This document shows, in pieces, positions 62,601 through 64,000 of a stretch of DNA of 64,000 nucleotides; within the stretch, counting starts at the first letter, position 1, and the number at the start of each line of letters is the position of its first letter. Below the pieces are notes generated by a model. It was given only the letters and a program-made list of their open reading frames with translations, was not told the DNA's origin and did no database searches. The DNA comes from Balanoglossus misakiensis (Eukaryota > Animalia > Hemichordata). Made by a program: the position numbers and the translations under genes. Where the stretch lies: contig CM082582.2 of the NCBI GenBank assembly GCA_040954595.2, positions 620,001 through 684,000 on the forward strand, read 5' to 3'.

Positions 62601-64000
62601 TAAAAATGACATTTTCAAGGAAAATTTGGTAAACGCAATTTTGTCTGCAGTGAGCCAAATTAGACGGTCTTTTGTGGAAATTGTATCGATATATACATAC
62701 GAAGAGCATTTTACACTCCATCAGATTTCCGAAAATGTAGAAAACAGGTATTTTTTGTAAATTTCAAAAATTTACCATTTTGACTAAATTGTGGCTAAAA
62801 TTGTTATTTTCGTGATGAATGCCGCCAGTGTCACTGCTTTTAAAAGTCATAAAAACTTTTAACATACAAGCAATTGTTTATATATGATCAGGTCACCGAA
62901 TTAAAAAAATAAAGAATGTTTTGCCTAAAAATGACCTTTTTGGTGCAAAAACGAATAAAACGCAATCTTGTATTAAATCAGTTCATTCAGAGTGCATGTT
63001 TTATAATAAGCACCAATTTTACATATAATGGAAATTTCATACATCATCAGATATCCAAATATGAAAAAATGATTTAGATTTTAGATGATTGTCCAAAATT
63101 AGCTGATATCTAATAAATGTAGTATTGAACCGTTCTGCCCCCCCCCCCCCTTACATTATATGCGGTACGCCGATGTCAGCTTACCCGGCAGTACTGTAGG
63201 CCGTGCCCCCAACAAACGTCGGTGTTTGAAACGCCCTGGTTAAATTCGGGCTCTCTCTATAAATCGACAGGCAATAATGCAGTCCTACCGGAACAAATGT
63301 CAAGTGTTGAACCGCTGTGACTTTCCCTGTTCGGTTTGCCCGACTTGCACTAGACTTGTACTAGAGTGTCGGGTCTTTTGCAGAGCCAGGCCGAAGGAAA
63401 TCCGACTTGATCACCGTTGCTAACGAACGCTAGTGTCTGTCATGGTGTGCCGGGGTTTTAGTCGAGCCAGGCCGTAGGAGATCTGACTTGATCATCGTGG
63501 TCAATGTACGCGTGTTTCCGCTCTAAAGTGCCGGGGCTTCAGCTAAACCAGGCCGTAGGAAATCCGACGTAATCACCGTTGATAACTTACGCCAGTCTGT
63601 GTCATATAGAGCCGGTGCACCAGCCGAGTCACGCCGTAGGAAATCTGACTTGATCAACGTGGTCAATGTACGCCTGTTTCTGCTCTAGAGTGCCGGGGCT
63701 TCAGCTGAGCCAGGCCGTAAGAAAACCCGACGTGATTACCGTTGTTAACTTACGCCAGTCTGTGTCCTATATATAGTGCCGGGGCATCAGCCGTGCCAGG
63801 CCGAAGGAAATGTGAGAAGATCAACGTGGTCTCTGTACGCGTGTTTCTGCTCTAGAGTGCCAGGGCTTTAGTTAAGCCATGCCGTAGGAAATCTGACTTG
63901 ATCAAAGTTGCTAACGAACGCTAGTGTCTGTCATAGTGTGCCGGGGTTTTAGTCGAGCCAAGCCGTAGGAGATCAGACTTGATCAACGTGGTCTCTGTAC

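Larger units (their letters stand above)
36153..64000 (-). repeat. ~2.05-kb composite macrosatellite, reverse arm (~14 units, runs off the window)
   Basis: Reverse complement of the same unit: poly-C instead of poly-G, GCCGTAGGAAATCTGACTTGATC cores, and the MESISTRLK ORFs switch to the + strand. Confidence 0.98.

Noticed and set aside
6419-63900. Recurrent short ORFs in the satellite (MESISTRLK..., MSKYGQNG..., MTTLIKSDF...)
   Set aside because: Mostly non-ATG starts, broken by homopolymer indels between units, with no recognisable domains. The 27-aa periodicity simply mirrors the 81-bp monomer.

Overview
Eukaryotic DNA, probably from an invertebrate animal (GT-AG introns, a BEL/Pao LTR element, L2-type LINE fragments), at the edge of a large satellite array. 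283-2482 holds four phase-0 exons of a spliced gene of unknown function, apparently 5'-incomplete and carrying an in-frame TAG at 938-940. 3289-5185 is a 39-bp hairpin minisatellite of about 47 units, which explains all the long repetitive ORFs there. From 5477 to the window end runs a ~2.05-kb composite macrosatellite (about 25 units). Each unit has a block of ~81-bp CpG-rich monomers, a ~270-bp structured linker with a poly-G tract, and an AT-rich block of decayed ~165-bp monomers. The array is interrupted by a decayed, 3'-truncated BEL/Pao retrotransposon (27951-34860, minus strand) and switches orientation at ~36152, forming a very large inverted repeat. It also carries two copies of one 5'-truncated L2-type LINE insertion (45479-45668, 53465-53651). 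No intact protein-coding gene, tRNA, rRNA or CRISPR array can be supported. All calls were made by eye, with no database searches.
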